Assembly (NCBI GenBank): GCA_964016885.1
Contig: OZ024743.1
Coordinates: 20,398,001-20,462,000 of the forward strand
DNA from: Eledone cirrhosa
Lineage: Eukaryota
Direction of reading: 5' to 3'
Length of the DNA: 64,000 nucleotides
Shown here: positions 38,820-51,959 of the stretch, piece by piece
How the letters are laid out: the number at the start of each line of letters is the position of its first letter
Position numbering within the stretch: the stretch's first letter is position 1
Notes under the pieces: model-generated
Seen by the model: only the letters and a program-made list of their open reading frames with translations
Told to the model about the DNA's origin: nothing
Databases searched by the model: none
Made by a program: the position numbers and the translations under genes

Positions 38820-40990
38820 GGTAGTATAGTAAGTAAGGCAATCAGAAATATGAAGACAAGCAAAGCAGCTGGGCCTTCAGGGATAGTTGCTGAAATGTTG
38901 AAGGCATCTGGAATGGTGGGACATACTATGTCCACCCGGATATGGAGCACACTATGGTCACCCAGATAGTAGACCAAGTAATATAGAATGGGGTCATACC
39001 TAATGACTGGCATAGCAGCAGCATCGTCAACTGTTACAAGGGTAAAGGAGACGCCCTGGATAGATGAAATTATAGGGGCATTAAGTTAGTTGACCAGGTC
39101 ATGAAAGACACAAAAAGAGTTATTACTGAACTGATTAGGGACCAAATTGATCTAGATGAAATGCAGTTTGGGTTTGTGCCAGGTAAAAGCACCATGGATG
39201 CTCTATTCCTTGTACGGCAACTACAGGAGAAGTACCTAGCTAAAAGTAAACCCCTCCACTTAGCTTTTGTTGACTTGGAGAAAGCCTTTGACAGAGTCCC
39301 ACACACCTTAACCCTTTAGCATTTACATTACTCTATATATACTATTATATTTTCATGGTATAGGCTTTATCTCGCATAATTATCTCACATAACATCAAAT
39401 CTATGAGATTTTAAAAGTATTTATTTTGAGAACAATACCTTAACATCAGTTTGAGCGACCGGTTACAGCCAGTTTCAACAGAAAGAGGTAGAGAATACTG
39501 ACCGGTTTGAACATTAAAGGGTTAATCTGGTGGGCTCTTAGAAAACTAGGAGTAGATGAGTGGCTGTGAGAGCTATACAAGCCATGTATAGAGGAACAGT
39601 CAGCAAGGTTAGAATTAACAATGAATATAGTGAAGAATTTAGCGTAATAGTAGAGGTTCACCAGGGCTCCGTCCTTAGCCCCCTCTTGTTTATTATTGTC
39701 TTACAGGCTATAACAGAAGGGTTTAATACTGGCTGCCCATGGGAACTTCTATATGCAGATGATCTAACTCTCATAGCTGAATCCATGGTTGAACTAGAGA
39801 AGTAGTTCCAAACATGGAAGCATGGCCTAGAATCAAAAGGCCTTAGAGTTAACTTGTCTAATACTAAAGTTCTAGTATGTAGAAAGGAGAATAGGGCACA
39901 GGTGCCTTCTGGGAAATGGCCATGCTCAGTGTGTAAGAAGGGAGTAGGTAGAAATTCCATTCTATGCCCCAAATACAAACTATAGGTACATAAAAGATGT
40001 AATGGGATCACATGTAAGCTATCTAAGAATGTAGATTTTATATGTGGCCGATGCTCAGGTGCAGTAAGTAGCACTTGATGTTATCAGCCCAGATGGTTCC
40101 ATAGAAATAGTAGACACTTTTCGTTATCAGGAGTGGAGGAGGGTGCTCTGAGAGTGTAGTAGCCAGAGTTAGAGCAGGATGGAAAAAGTTCAGAGAGCTA
40201 ACACCGCTGTTGGACACAAGGAATTTTTCTCTAAAAGTGAAAGGCAGATTGTATGATGCTTGTATACGAAAGGCAATATTACATGGTAGTGAGACCTGGG
40301 CGTTGCGTGCTTAAGACTTGTGTAGATTAGAAAGAAATGAAGCTTGCATGCTTCAAAGGATGTGTAATAGTAATGTATGTGAACGGTAAAGCATAAATAA
40401 ATTGAGAGAGAAACTAGCATAAGAGGTATCAAATGTTGTGTGCAGGAGAGGAGATTGCGTTGGTATGGCCATATGATGCGTATGGAGGATAACAGCTGTA
40501 TAAAAAAAGTGCAGAGCAATGAAAATTGATGGAAGCTATGGAGTGGGTAAACCAAGAAAAACTTGGGACAACGTGATAAAAACTGACCTTGCTCATTTAC
40601 ACCTCTCTAAGACAATGTCACTGGATTGAGATCTTTGGTGCTATGCAGTTATACAGAAGACCCACCTTCCCTTGCATACAAACCTACAGTCAGTAACCCA
40701 AATACACCCTACCCCATCCTCCCATTTCTGTCCACTGTGTCGGTGACACAACAAAAAGCTCCCAGTCCAGACTGTAAAATGGTCATATAGGAAACATGGT
40801 AAAAAGGCTCCCAGTCCATACTGTAAGTGTGGTTGGTGTTAGAATGAGCATCCAGCTATAGAAAACCTGCCAGAGACAGTTCCGCACGAGCGAGATACCA
40901 TCTGACCAATCCCGCATCAAATGGAACAAAAACATCTAACTCATGCTAGCATGGAAGATGGACGTTAGACGATGATGATGATGATGATGA
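38820..40990 (+). mobile_element. RTE LINE, 5'-truncated, whole RT domain plus 3' UTR, degenerate
   Basis: KAAGPSGIVAEMLK, QFGFVPGKSTMDALF, FVDLEKAFDRVP, HQGSVLSPLLF, YADD; (GAT)n tail; multiple stops. Confidence 0.95.
39312..39521. mobile_element. piggyBac-like MITE (210 bp) inside the RTE RT
   Basis: TTAA duplicated (39308-11, 39522-25); termini CCCTTTA...TAAAGGG; removing it restores FDRVPHTLIWWALRKLG. Confidence 0.9.
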
Positions 40991-42035
40991 TATATATATA
41001 TATATATGTATACCATCATCCTCTAATGGCCTATTTTCCATGCTTGCATGGGTTAGATGGGTTGTCTACACTATGAGGCAAGTCTGACCATTTAGCTGCA
41101 CCATGCCTTCCTCATATGGCAGTCTAATTTAGCTGGGGGCTTTTATAGCTGGATGGCCTTCCTAACACCAACCACACTCATAGTGTGGAACTGGGTGGTC
41201 CCATATGAGAGGGGTCTTGCCAATTGGCAACACCGTATGCTACTCAAGTAAACAACATTTCCAAAAGCTCATTTATAGTAATTCAACTGTGGTTACAGTT
41301 ATTTTCTGCATTTAAGATTTCTACATATTCTAACAATTTCAAATCTACCCAATGCTCCAATAGTTTATTTTCAAAATGTCTAAAAAATAGTATAATTGCA
41401 ATATTTCATACATACATAAGAAGCATAAATCAATCGGTAAATTGAATATTTGTCATATTTTGTATTTGGTAAAAATGAAACTTCTTTTCTTTGCACTGGG
41501 AAACTGTATAATTTAAAATAAAATCTATCCATAAAATACAATATTTTTCAATTCAAGCCAGGTTGCGCTTGAGTGTTACTGGTGACATGTCACCAAGTCA
41601 CATGGTTGGGTTGCTAGTGACTAAACCAAACGAAGCTTGCTTGGTGAGGAGGGTGAATTTTGGACACCCCATAGGATGAAAAACAAAACCTATCAGAGTG
41701 GAGGAACTTTTGAGAGTCAACAGCCATCCAATAGTGGTAGAGAGAGCTTGTTAGCCTTAGCTAGCAATATGTCTACATGGATCACAGTGATATCAAAACT
41801 AGGACAGATGGGACTCCATAGTTACCTTGGTGACAACATTTCAAGTGGCCAATGGTTTCATCCTTGTATGTATGTATATATATATATATATATAATAATA
41901 TATGTAGAAGTAAACACATTAAATTGTGTGTCTAAAATTACGAGGGTTGAAATACCACATTGGTTTGATAAATTTAACCTGAAGCAAACGGAAGATATAG
42001 AAAATAATATACAGACCATCTCAATAACTATTTCG

Positions 42036-42122
42036 TCTCTCGGACAGATAAGAAATTTAATCTGTTTCGCCCTGAAAATTGTGTTTGTAACAGATAATCC
42101 ATAGGCTTTCCTCAGCGAGAGA
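42036..42122 (-). ncRNA. type I hammerhead motif with extended stem III
   Basis: Reverse complement TCTCTCG-CTGAGGA-AA-GCCT...GGGC-GAAA-CAGAT...ATCTG-TC-CGAGAGA; 7-bp stem I, GUC triplet. Confidence 0.72.
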
Positions 42123-42533
42123 TAAGATCAAATGGAACAAACACACAACTAAAAGCCACACAAATGAAAATCTCATCTCAGGCGCTGGACGTTAGAAGTG
42201 TTGTGAGTGGGTATGCTAAAAATAATAGCCTTAATACACACAACTTATAAGATCACCTAGTTAGGGAGCCGAAATACAAATAAAATACAGAGTTACTAAC
42301 TCATATTGATACCCTGCAATTAACAAGCTTAAAGTATAGGGGTATCAATATGAGTTAGTAACTCTGTATTTTATTTGTATTTCGGCACCCTAACTAGGTG
42401 ATCTTATAAGTTGTGTGTATTAAGGCTATTAGTTTTAGCATATCCACTCACAACACTTCTAACGTCCAGTGCCTGAGGTGAGATTTTCATTCGTGTGGCT
42501 TTTAGTTGTGTGTTTGTTCCATTTGATCTTATC

Positions 42534-42616
42534 TCTCGCTGAGGAAAGCCTATGGATTATCTGTTACAAACACAATTTTCAGGGCGAAACAGATTAAATC
42601 TCTAATCTGTCCGAGA
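42534..42616 (+). ncRNA. type I hammerhead motif with extended stem III
   Basis: TCTCG-CTGAGGA-AA-GCCT...GGGC-GAAA-CAGATTA[AATCTC]TAATCTG-TC-CGAGA; predicted cleavage after C42611; two extra A before stem II are non-canonical. Confidence 0.72.
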
Positions 42617-42836
42617 CACGAAATAGTTATTGAGGCAGTCTGTATATATTTTCTATATCTTCTGTTTGCTTCAGGTTAAATTTATCAAACCAATGTGGTA
42701 TTTCAACCCTTGTAATTTTAGACACACAGTTTACTGTGTTTAGTTCTACATATATTATTATATAATGCTCAGTATTTATACTTTGAGCTTGTTAATTGCG
42801 GGGTATCAATATGAGTTAGTAACTCTGTATTTTATT

Positions 42837-42879
<43 letters not shown>

Positions 42880-43632
42880 CCAACAGCAACACTAATATAA
42901 TGCTGTGGGAATTAGAATCATGGCTATAGACAGAATAATGAACCCAATGCAATGAATAAAAAATGAAATCAAATACAGAATGAAAATGGTTCTCAACTTG
43001 TGACATGAAACTCAAGCCATGAGAAGAAGGATTCAGTTAAAACAGTATACCTTACACCATGTATTGAGTACTTGTTTCCTCGTTTGTTGACAAACTGTAA
43101 CATTTGTGTGCTCATATATGTTGTTTGTAATTAACATAAGAAAAAGTATTCAATACATTGCATTAGCCTGTTAACAAAATAGCCAATCAAGGATACAAAT
43201 GTGTTAGCACTTTTTTTTTCAGCCGATCAAATTAAATTACATGCATTCTCGTGCACACACACTCTCTCCATTCCCTCTCTGTCTCCCTCCAATAAGTGAT
43301 CATTAATGAAGGACTATATTCATAAGAAGACACTATCTCTTATAGTACCAGCTGTATATATCAGTAACAAAACAGGCAAGAAAAGCAATTGAGGTTATAT
43401 ATATAAAAAGAAAAGAAAAGAAAATAGCAAGAAATGCAGTTTTTTATTTTGTTTGAAACATGTGTAAATTGATTATTTCTAATAAAGAAAAAATAATTAC
43501 AACTTTTGAATGCCTCAGGCTAAGTTGTAATAATTCTCTTGTCTGGAGAATTTGGACAGGAAAATGTTATTTTTTCCAACTTCAATGGCAGCACTATTAA
43601 CTGTTATAAAATTAAGAGACACACAAAATAAT

Positions 43633-43818
43633 TGTTTCTACTTTTTGGCACAAGGCCAGCCAATACCCAGTGCATTACTGGTACTTTATTTTATCGACCC
43701 CGTAAGGATGAACGGCAAATTCAACCTCGGCGGGATTTGAACTCAGATCGTTAAGGGACGTAACTATACTGGAAAGCATGGCATCCGACCCTCTACCGAT
43801 ACTGCCAATCCACCGCCA
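43633..43818 (-). mobile_element. MetaSINE-like SINE with ~20-bp TSD
   Basis: Same family as 35701; TAAGAGA(C/G)ACACAAAATAAT at 43613-32 and 43819-38. Confidence 0.88.
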
Positions 43819-44535
43819 TAAGAGAGACACAAAATAATAGTTATAAACTGGTGAGCTATGAAGTTAAACCAAAACAAACTTTACTCTTGCTGCCCACATA
43901 CATTTTAAAGAGAGGCTATGAAATAGTATGATTTGCACCTGTTTAATGTCTGTTTTCGATGGTAACGTCTATTTTCCATGGTAATATTTATTTTCCATAG
44001 GGTAGGTCAGTTGCTTTGTACTAAGGCTTAACTGGTTAGATAAGCACTTTTTGCATATATATTCTATTTTTTGCTTGGTTTCTCCAGCTACATGCTCTTT
44101 CTAATGCCAGCCACTTTACAATGTGTACTGAGATAATTTCATCATAGCACCAGCACTACGGCCTTAGAGGATGAACTGGGTGCTTTTTATCATGGCACCA
44201 GCAGTTCAACTTTACAGAGTGGGCTAAGTGTATTTTATCATGACACCAACACACGCACTTTACCAAGTCGGCTAGATGTATTTCATTGTGGCACCAGCAC
44301 TGCCTCATTACAGAACTAGGACACTTATTGTGTTCCAGGCTAGGCTGGTGAAAGATGTGATGGAAATGCAGTCTGTGGAAGGGCTCATCTCAAAGTGAAA
44401 GAATAAGACATTGTATAATTAATCAGTGTTCATTATCTGCCAGTGCTGAGCTCAAATCTTTTCAAACTGGATGAGGGATAGATTCTGTCACATTTATTGC
44501 TTGATATATACTGTGGTTATCTGATAAGAAAGCAT

Positions 44536-44538
<3 letters not shown>

Positions 44539-44617
<79 letters not shown>
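44539..44617. repeat. (CT)n microsatellite
   Basis: Directly visible. Confidence 0.97.
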
Positions 44618-44623
<6 letters not shown>

Positions 44624-47600
44624 CAAAAATATATCTACCAGGTTGTTAGTGTATATTTTGTGAAGTTTTTAGCTATCATGTGTATTTTCGTAGCTAACAA
44701 TCTTGTTTGTAAGAGCTATAATTTTGGGATTAGCTTCTGATATATAAAATAAGTCTCTTGTGGATTGTGCATTAATAATAGTTGTTGTATTCAAGTCATT
44801 TGGTACTTTCATGAGATTTCAGTTCAAGTGACCACTTTTATGCTGAATTATTTAGATTCGGTTTTGAGGCCGTGTCTGTCTGTGTGTGTGGAGGGGCGGG
44901 AGTGAATAAGCTACAATTTTTATACCATTCCTGGAAAGGTCTTCAGTAACAAGTTAATATTTGGAACATTTCAAAAGCTAGCTTCATTAATTTCTCTGTT
45001 TTTCTTATTGATTGTTTCAATTTAATTATTGGATGTTTTTCACACTAGGACTGTTCAAGTCAAAACCTCATATCTGGTGATGGTTATTTTTTCATAATTA
45101 AATGAGTTGTCTGGCTGTAGTCAATTTACACATGTAGTATTTAAAGTTTCAATTTAGTATATGTTCTCTCCTTATTCCTCAGTATACTTCCACTGTCTTA
45201 TCTGGTTTTATACTACATTTAACTGTTTCCAATTTTTTGTTTTTCCCCGACTAAAGCTAGAACCATTAAGGCATTCATATGCCTTTTAATGCAATCAATC
45301 CCACCCTAACATCAAAAGGCAGATAATGAACTATTTGTCTTTTTCTATCAGAGTTTGTACTTGCAGCTCTTTCATTTTTTTCTACCATTTATTCTTACAT
45401 ACTAATGATGGAACAAATTTTCTTAAAATACAAATTACAGCTTAACAATATCTGACTTTTTAAAATGCTAAGCTGATAAAGGCTTCAATCTGTAGAGTTC
45501 AATTTCCATATTCTTTAAGCTTTTGTTTGAACTCTTTTGTAATATCTTTCTTAAATTGCATCAGATTCTCTTTCATGTTGTATTCGTGCTTTCTATATTA
45601 ATTCTAATTTCTCCAACACCAAATTTCACTTCACTGATTCTAGGTATTACATAAACTTTTTGTTTTTAATTTAGAACAGTATTTTATCAGGATATTTCTT
45701 TCATGTACTACTTATCAATTCAAACCATATCATACCACATTAAATTGTTTACCCCTCTGCTTCCTTTCTTTCACCTGGTCCTAGCCAACACATATATAGA
45801 ATTCATTTGTATCTACATCAACTGATAATATTCTTTCTAAGAGTATTTCCAATGCTTACCATTTTTTGCATATATTTTGATTCCTTGACATGTTTCTAGC
45901 TTACACTGTAATGTTAATAGCTCCATTCACCTAGGAGTGGCCTTCTTATTACAATTTCAGATCATAAACAGTCACGGGGTTCTTTTAGCTTTCCTCTCTA
46001 AAAGCGCCCCATCCGGCACCAAATTCCTTCTCCAATTAGCAGCCAGGTTGTGTCTCTGCTGAAATCTTCATGAAAGATTGATTTATCCTTATCTCCTTTG
46101 GCAAATATTTCAAACTTATAAATTATTTTCCTTATAAAACATCTAAAACTTGATTGATATAATCATCCATCCACTCATGTCATATACAATCTAATCATAG
46201 GCTTTTTTGGTTGTCATAGAAAGTTAAAGGCTGGGTTTCATGCTTCTTTCTCACTTCATTTGTCTTGCATCTATTTACTAACAAATGCTCTGCTTTACAA
46301 AGTACCCTTAATGTATTATTTAATTATTTATTGATTTTTTTATCATAAGTAAAGAATAGCATTATTGTTTACAAGCTGCCAATGGACTAATCATTAGTTC
46401 ATTGCATTTTCAATGATGGGATTTACAAGGACGTGATTGTTGATTTTAACTGAACAATATCTCAAGAGACTCTAGCTGTAAAACATCAACCTTTCAGTGT
46501 TTTCACTGATGTCTATAACACTCACTTGATATACACTGATTTATGACACACGCACTGTATCTCTCTTTCTCTCTTTCTCTTTTTCTTCTTTCTCACTCTC
46601 TCACATACTGCTTCTACAATGTATCTGCCTACAAAAGTTTGCTTACAAGGCATTGATGAAACGAAGGCCACATAGTAGAAGACACCTGCCCCAACTGCAT
46701 TGAACCCAGAACCACTTGGTCATGAAACAAGCTTCTTAATCACACAGCCAAGTCTGCATGATTGCTATCTGCTCATTTGTTTCCTATCCCATATATCCAT
46801 TTATTCAGTATGGCTCTTCATGTATCTAGCCAGCATTTCTGTGAAAATCTTATATTAAATGAAATCTCTAATTAGGTTCTCTTTCTTATTCAAATTATTA
46901 GATCTAAGTAGAACTATCTAACATTGTACTATCCAGCTAAGCATGGTATGTTATTTAAATTATGAATCAATCCATGCATTGCAAGACATACCGGTTTCCA
47001 TGTATACTTCAATTTTGTGTACCAATAATTTTTAAGACCATCAATACTTAGCATAGACCAGCCTTTGTTTTTTATTAAAGTGATTTGAATGTTTTTCACT
47101 CTAATCATAAAGTTTTCTCATTTTGACTATTGTTTGCAATTCTCAATTAGCCTTTCCAGCCATTGCAATGCTTTGGTTTTTCTCTTCCTATATACTAGTC
47201 AAGAACTCTTCGTAATTTAGTTGTTTGGTTTCAAACTATTTAGCTGCTAAGTAGCTTTCCTCCAATAGTACAACTTACATTTTGAGCAAGCAATGAATTA
47301 TTCATGACTGTTGCAATTTTCCTTTTTTTCTAATAGGGAAACCTGATCATTTTAAATGGCAGTTCGTTTTAAAACTATCAGCTTTCCCTGCCAAACCCTG
47401 TACTATTTCTCCATGCATTATTCATCTAACCATTTCTTATTAATTTGTAATTCATTAACTCTTAATGGTTTGGAATCATTAGCTATGGAATCTTTCAATA
47501 TTTGATTACTTGATCACGTATTGACTCATATATTTACATCTATATTGCTTTATATGTACCTCAATTTATGTTAATGTCTATTAAAACCTGTATGGCAATT

Positions 47601-50600
47601 GTTTTCCTGCCTATATTCATTATCCAGTGATGTATGAATATAGATTGAAAAATAACCTTTCTTATTAAATCTATTTAATTTTTATGGTTCAAGATTCAAT
47701 TTGTATCTAGTTTTCTTCATCCAATTTCTTCATGGATAGAATTTAGAAGTGCCTTCATTTATAGTAGGAAACAATCCTGCATTAAAGTTTCATTTTTTTC
47801 TCTACAGCATTTTGCTGCTTAATGCTCTACTGTGTGTTAGAGATGTTGCCATATTAGAGGACTTTTTGATAGTTCTTAGCCATGTCAGATCTCACTTGAT
47901 TTTTCTTGTTGGCTGTTTTATAAAGGGACAATTAGTTTTCCTCAGAACTATTTAAAATCTTTCTATTCCATCTACTTCTTTATGCATTAGTATTAAGTGA
48001 TAAATACATATATTTAATTTTCAAACTATTAGCGTTGTTGTGCAGACTAATCATGATCTGGTGGCATTCTGAAGTATTTACAGATTTTTTTACCCTGTTC
48101 ATGAAAACTCTACAATTTAGAGGTTGAGCCTCATTCAGTTTCACCAGACACTGTTGTTCTTCCTGATGGTTTGCAGAAATTTAACACTGCCAAGAATGTT
48201 GCAACACTTTTGAAATTGTTTAAATTTGAGAAGTTTCTCCATAGCATTTGTTTGCGCAATGATTTATTAGGCTGGCTGTTTTCAGCATCATATTTTCCTT
48301 AGTCTTTTAAAAAATCTAGAACCCTTTTTAAACCCCTCACTATCAATTTGTAACAATCTCTAACTCTCTCTATTTATTTTTCCTTTTGCAGATTTGGATA
48401 TTTATAGTTTTCTGTTGTTGATTTCTAAGAAATTAATGTTGCTTTGTTGGCCTATCTCTCTCAGGGTAAAATCTTACACTGCTCCCACATATTAAGAATC
48501 TTTTCAGCATATCCTATTTTGAGTTTTCTCAGTAATTTTCTATCAGACTGTTTCTAAATATTTTCTCTTGTTATTTTCATCTTTCCTTTTGCATTCTATT
48601 TTTATTGGTGATGGTTGATGTTACTTTCACTACATCCTCAATATAATTATGTACTTGATTTCAATTTCATTTAGGATCATGATTGGAACTCTGAGTTCAT
48701 GTAGACATGACACCCATCACTTGAAGTGCTTTTGTTTGTTTATATACATAATTTAAGATAACTGTAAATGTCCTTTCCATCAAAATGTTTCTCTAAAATT
48801 AATAAATTTTTATATATTCAGTTATATTTTTTGACAAGTTTTTCAAATGTTCATTTTACATTTAATATCAACTGCTGGTTGATTGTTCAGTTATTATCTG
48901 CCAAGATATATTTTTCATTAATCATGAAATAAATATTTCATCAAAATAGAAGTATTCCATTTAGCTATTGAAGGTTATTATCATTTTGCTTTTCATCCTT
49001 ACGGGGTCGATAAGGTACCAGTAATGTACTGGGTAATTGCTGGCCTTGTGCCTAAAGTAGAAACAATTATCATTATTAACATTTCATTAGTCTTCTAATT
49101 ACTGTGTGCCCTCATTGTCCTACCAAATGCCTTGGGTTTTGTATTTATTTTATTTTTTTCCTTTGTATTGAAATTATTCTGTAATATATGAGCAGTGTAT
49201 GTAAGTAAGATGTAGGATTTGGGTTATGTATACTTTTTAACCTTTCTACTGGACAGATCCTGGTTTCATTGCCTGACAAGCTAAATCTTGCAAGTTGTTG
49301 AAGGACCAGCCACTTTCTGAACAGTTTATCTATATTTTATTCTTATTTGAACCCACATATTCCGGTTTATCTCTGTTTCTGGATTTTTGCTAAGATGGAT
49401 TAAATTTTTTTTAGAGATGTATTACCATTTGTAAGAAATGATACATTGATTAGAAGACCTGTCCCTCTCCTGTTCTTTGACAGTAATACCTGGATGATTT
49501 TCCTTAATCTCACTATCTCTATGAATTGACATTTCCCAAAGCAAGGTTGCTTTGTAATTCTATAACACTTCTCTTGCAGGTTTGTTCCATCTTTTCTTGT
49601 CTTCATTTGTTAATGCTGACATAATCTTCAATATATAACATCCCCAACTTTTGTCAGACTTGTATATATACAACCCCCATTTGACTGTTGGTTAAGTCAA
49701 GGTAACCAGAACCAATGGAGTTGATAGCTTTGTATTGTGGCTTATTTTAGGTTTTTGTAGTTTCTGAAGGGATGTTTTCAATTCTGTATCACAATCAAAA
49801 AACCTTTAAGCTCAGCTTTGAAGCCTGTACTTCTCAACCAGATCTGAGTTTTATCTTTATCCACTTTTGCTTTGTTCAGTTTTGTCAGGTATTAATAATG
49901 CAAGGGTTTTTTTGCCAATGGCACAATGTAAAATTTTGTAATGTTATTCTGTTTACTTTATATTTTTAAATAGTTTTTGTTGTCTTCTTTTTTTCTTCAG
50001 AAATGTTTGTTCCCTCACCATATATTTTGTATTTGTATGCTTCTTTGAAAATAGAAAGCAATCTTTTGTTAGTTTTATTATTTTCTTTACTAGATATTTT
50101 ATGATTCCTCAGTATATGTTTGATACGGATCTTATTGCAAAACAATTTCATCCTTATGGGGTTGATAAAATAAAGTACCAGTAATGTACTGGGTAATTTG
50201 TTGGCCTTGTGCCAAAAGTAGAAACAATAATTTTTCTTGTTTTCCTGGATAAAACTTTCTACTAGGCAAATCCAGGTTTCATTGACTGACAAGCTAAAGA
50301 TTGCAAGTTGTTGAAGTACCAACCACTTTCTGAACAGTTTATCTATAGTGGTGGAAATTTATGTTATCCTCGGCCCCTAAATCACTTCCTTATTTATTGC
50401 AATCAGGATGGAGTTGGCCACCTGTAAAAATGAACCCCACCAGCAGGAATGTCTCTTTCAGCACACCCCATTTGTTATCCTCTGGGGTAACATCTTAGTA
50501 ATTTTGTTCACTGGACCATGAGGCAACACTCTCTTGAGATTTTACACTTGCGAGAGACTGATTGAGCAAATGAAAGAATGTGACAATATTTCATTGGTTG

Positions 50601-51605
50601 TTGTATGCTGTTAATGCTTGTCATACACACATGTATGTACATACTTACTTTAGACTTGTAAGATTGATTAGCCATTTAATGTCTGCCATATGGTTTTAAT
50701 ATTTCTCTTTGATTATGAACTTTAGAAAAAAAAATAGTCCAGAACAAATCTTGCTAATTTATTTAGCTTCAGAAAGCTGAATATTTTAACTGTAACTTAT
50801 TGGAAGAGCTAAAGTAGTGGCATCTTGTTTTTGGCATTTAGTTCTGTTTAAGTATAAAAATGATGCATCTATACTATTCCTTCTTAACCTTTCATTTCAT
50901 TTGTGTGAGTTGTATTCGGTTTTGTTCATTAATTCCTAAATCTGTGTTTGGTCTAATTATGTTATCGCTGTTTCTTTATTTAATATCAATATTGTGGTTA
51001 GTATTGATTTTTCACTCTAGGTTGCCTTTGTGTACATTTCTAAATGGAATATCATGTAAATTCCTCTACTGAATCTGTGTAATGCATTTAACAGTGATTT
51101 TAGTTATTTATCATCTGCAGTGTATAACTTGAGGCCATCCAAATATAAGAAGGGAGTTGATTATATCCCCACAACGTGTGAATCTAAGTCTTGTCTGGTC
51201 TAGTGTGTTGATTAAAGGTGCTAAAACCGTACAAAAAAGTGAGGAAAAGCTCCCCATTTGAATATTCTTTTTCTAATAGTGATAAGGTTTGTTTGTTTAT
51301 ATAATTCAGTTTTTTTTTTGTTAGTTTGTATTAGTAGAATTGTATTCCAATGTTTGACATACCCACTTCTTTTTAGCTCTACACTACTCATGGCTATTTA
51401 AAAAAAAATCCATTTGTGGTGATCACTTGTCAACCAATGCCATTGTCAGACATGTCTGTCTGTCTAGTCTTGGATTATTGGTTTGTCCATCAGTAATTGA
51501 TCTTTACAATTAAATGAGCCTCTACAGCATCCCTTCTGTTCTTATGGAAATTAGATTTTTTTTTCTGAATAATAATTTATTTTCACTTTATTAATGCAGG
51601 TAAAA

Positions 51606-51950
51606 TAATAATTGTTTCTACTTTTGACACATGGCCAGCAATTACCCCAGTGCATTACTGGTGCTTTATTTTATTGATCCTGTATGATGACCGGCAAAGT
51701 TAACCTCGGCAGGATTTGTACTCAGAACGTAAATGGCCATAACTCTATGCTGCAAAGTATGGTGTCTGATGCTCTACCGATACTGCCAATCCACTGCCCT
51801 TAGTAATAATTGTTTCTACTTTTGGCACAAGGCCAGCAATTACCCCAGTGCATTACTGGTGCTTTATTTTATCAACCGCATAAGGATGAAAGGCAAAATT
51901 TACCTCAGCGGGATTTGAACTCAGAACGTAAAGGGCCATCACTCTACGCT
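51606..51950 (-). mobile_element. two tandem MetaSINE-like copies (second lacks its head)
   Basis: AATAATTGTTTCTACTTTTG...CCAGTGCATTACTGG repeated at about 51606 and 51807. Confidence 0.85.
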
Positions 51951-51959
51951 GCTGGCAAA

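Larger units (their letters stand above)
41893..42841. mobile_element. fold-back, terminally redundant hammerhead-bearing element between (TA)n tracts
   Basis: 41893-42314 is the reverse complement of 42340-42762 (about 18 differences by eye); the first ~40 nt of the right arm recur at 42801-42841, giving a 461-nt unit. Confidence 0.9.

Noticed and set aside
41560-41860. Possible LINE 5' UTR or HDV-like ribozyme, and ORF 41637-42104
   Set aside because: Could not build the nested pseudoknot; the ORF crosses a microsatellite into the palindrome.
45200-49600. Possible long decayed LINE on the minus strand
   Set aside because: Only faint motif hints; I could not recover convincing RT or APE motifs by eye.
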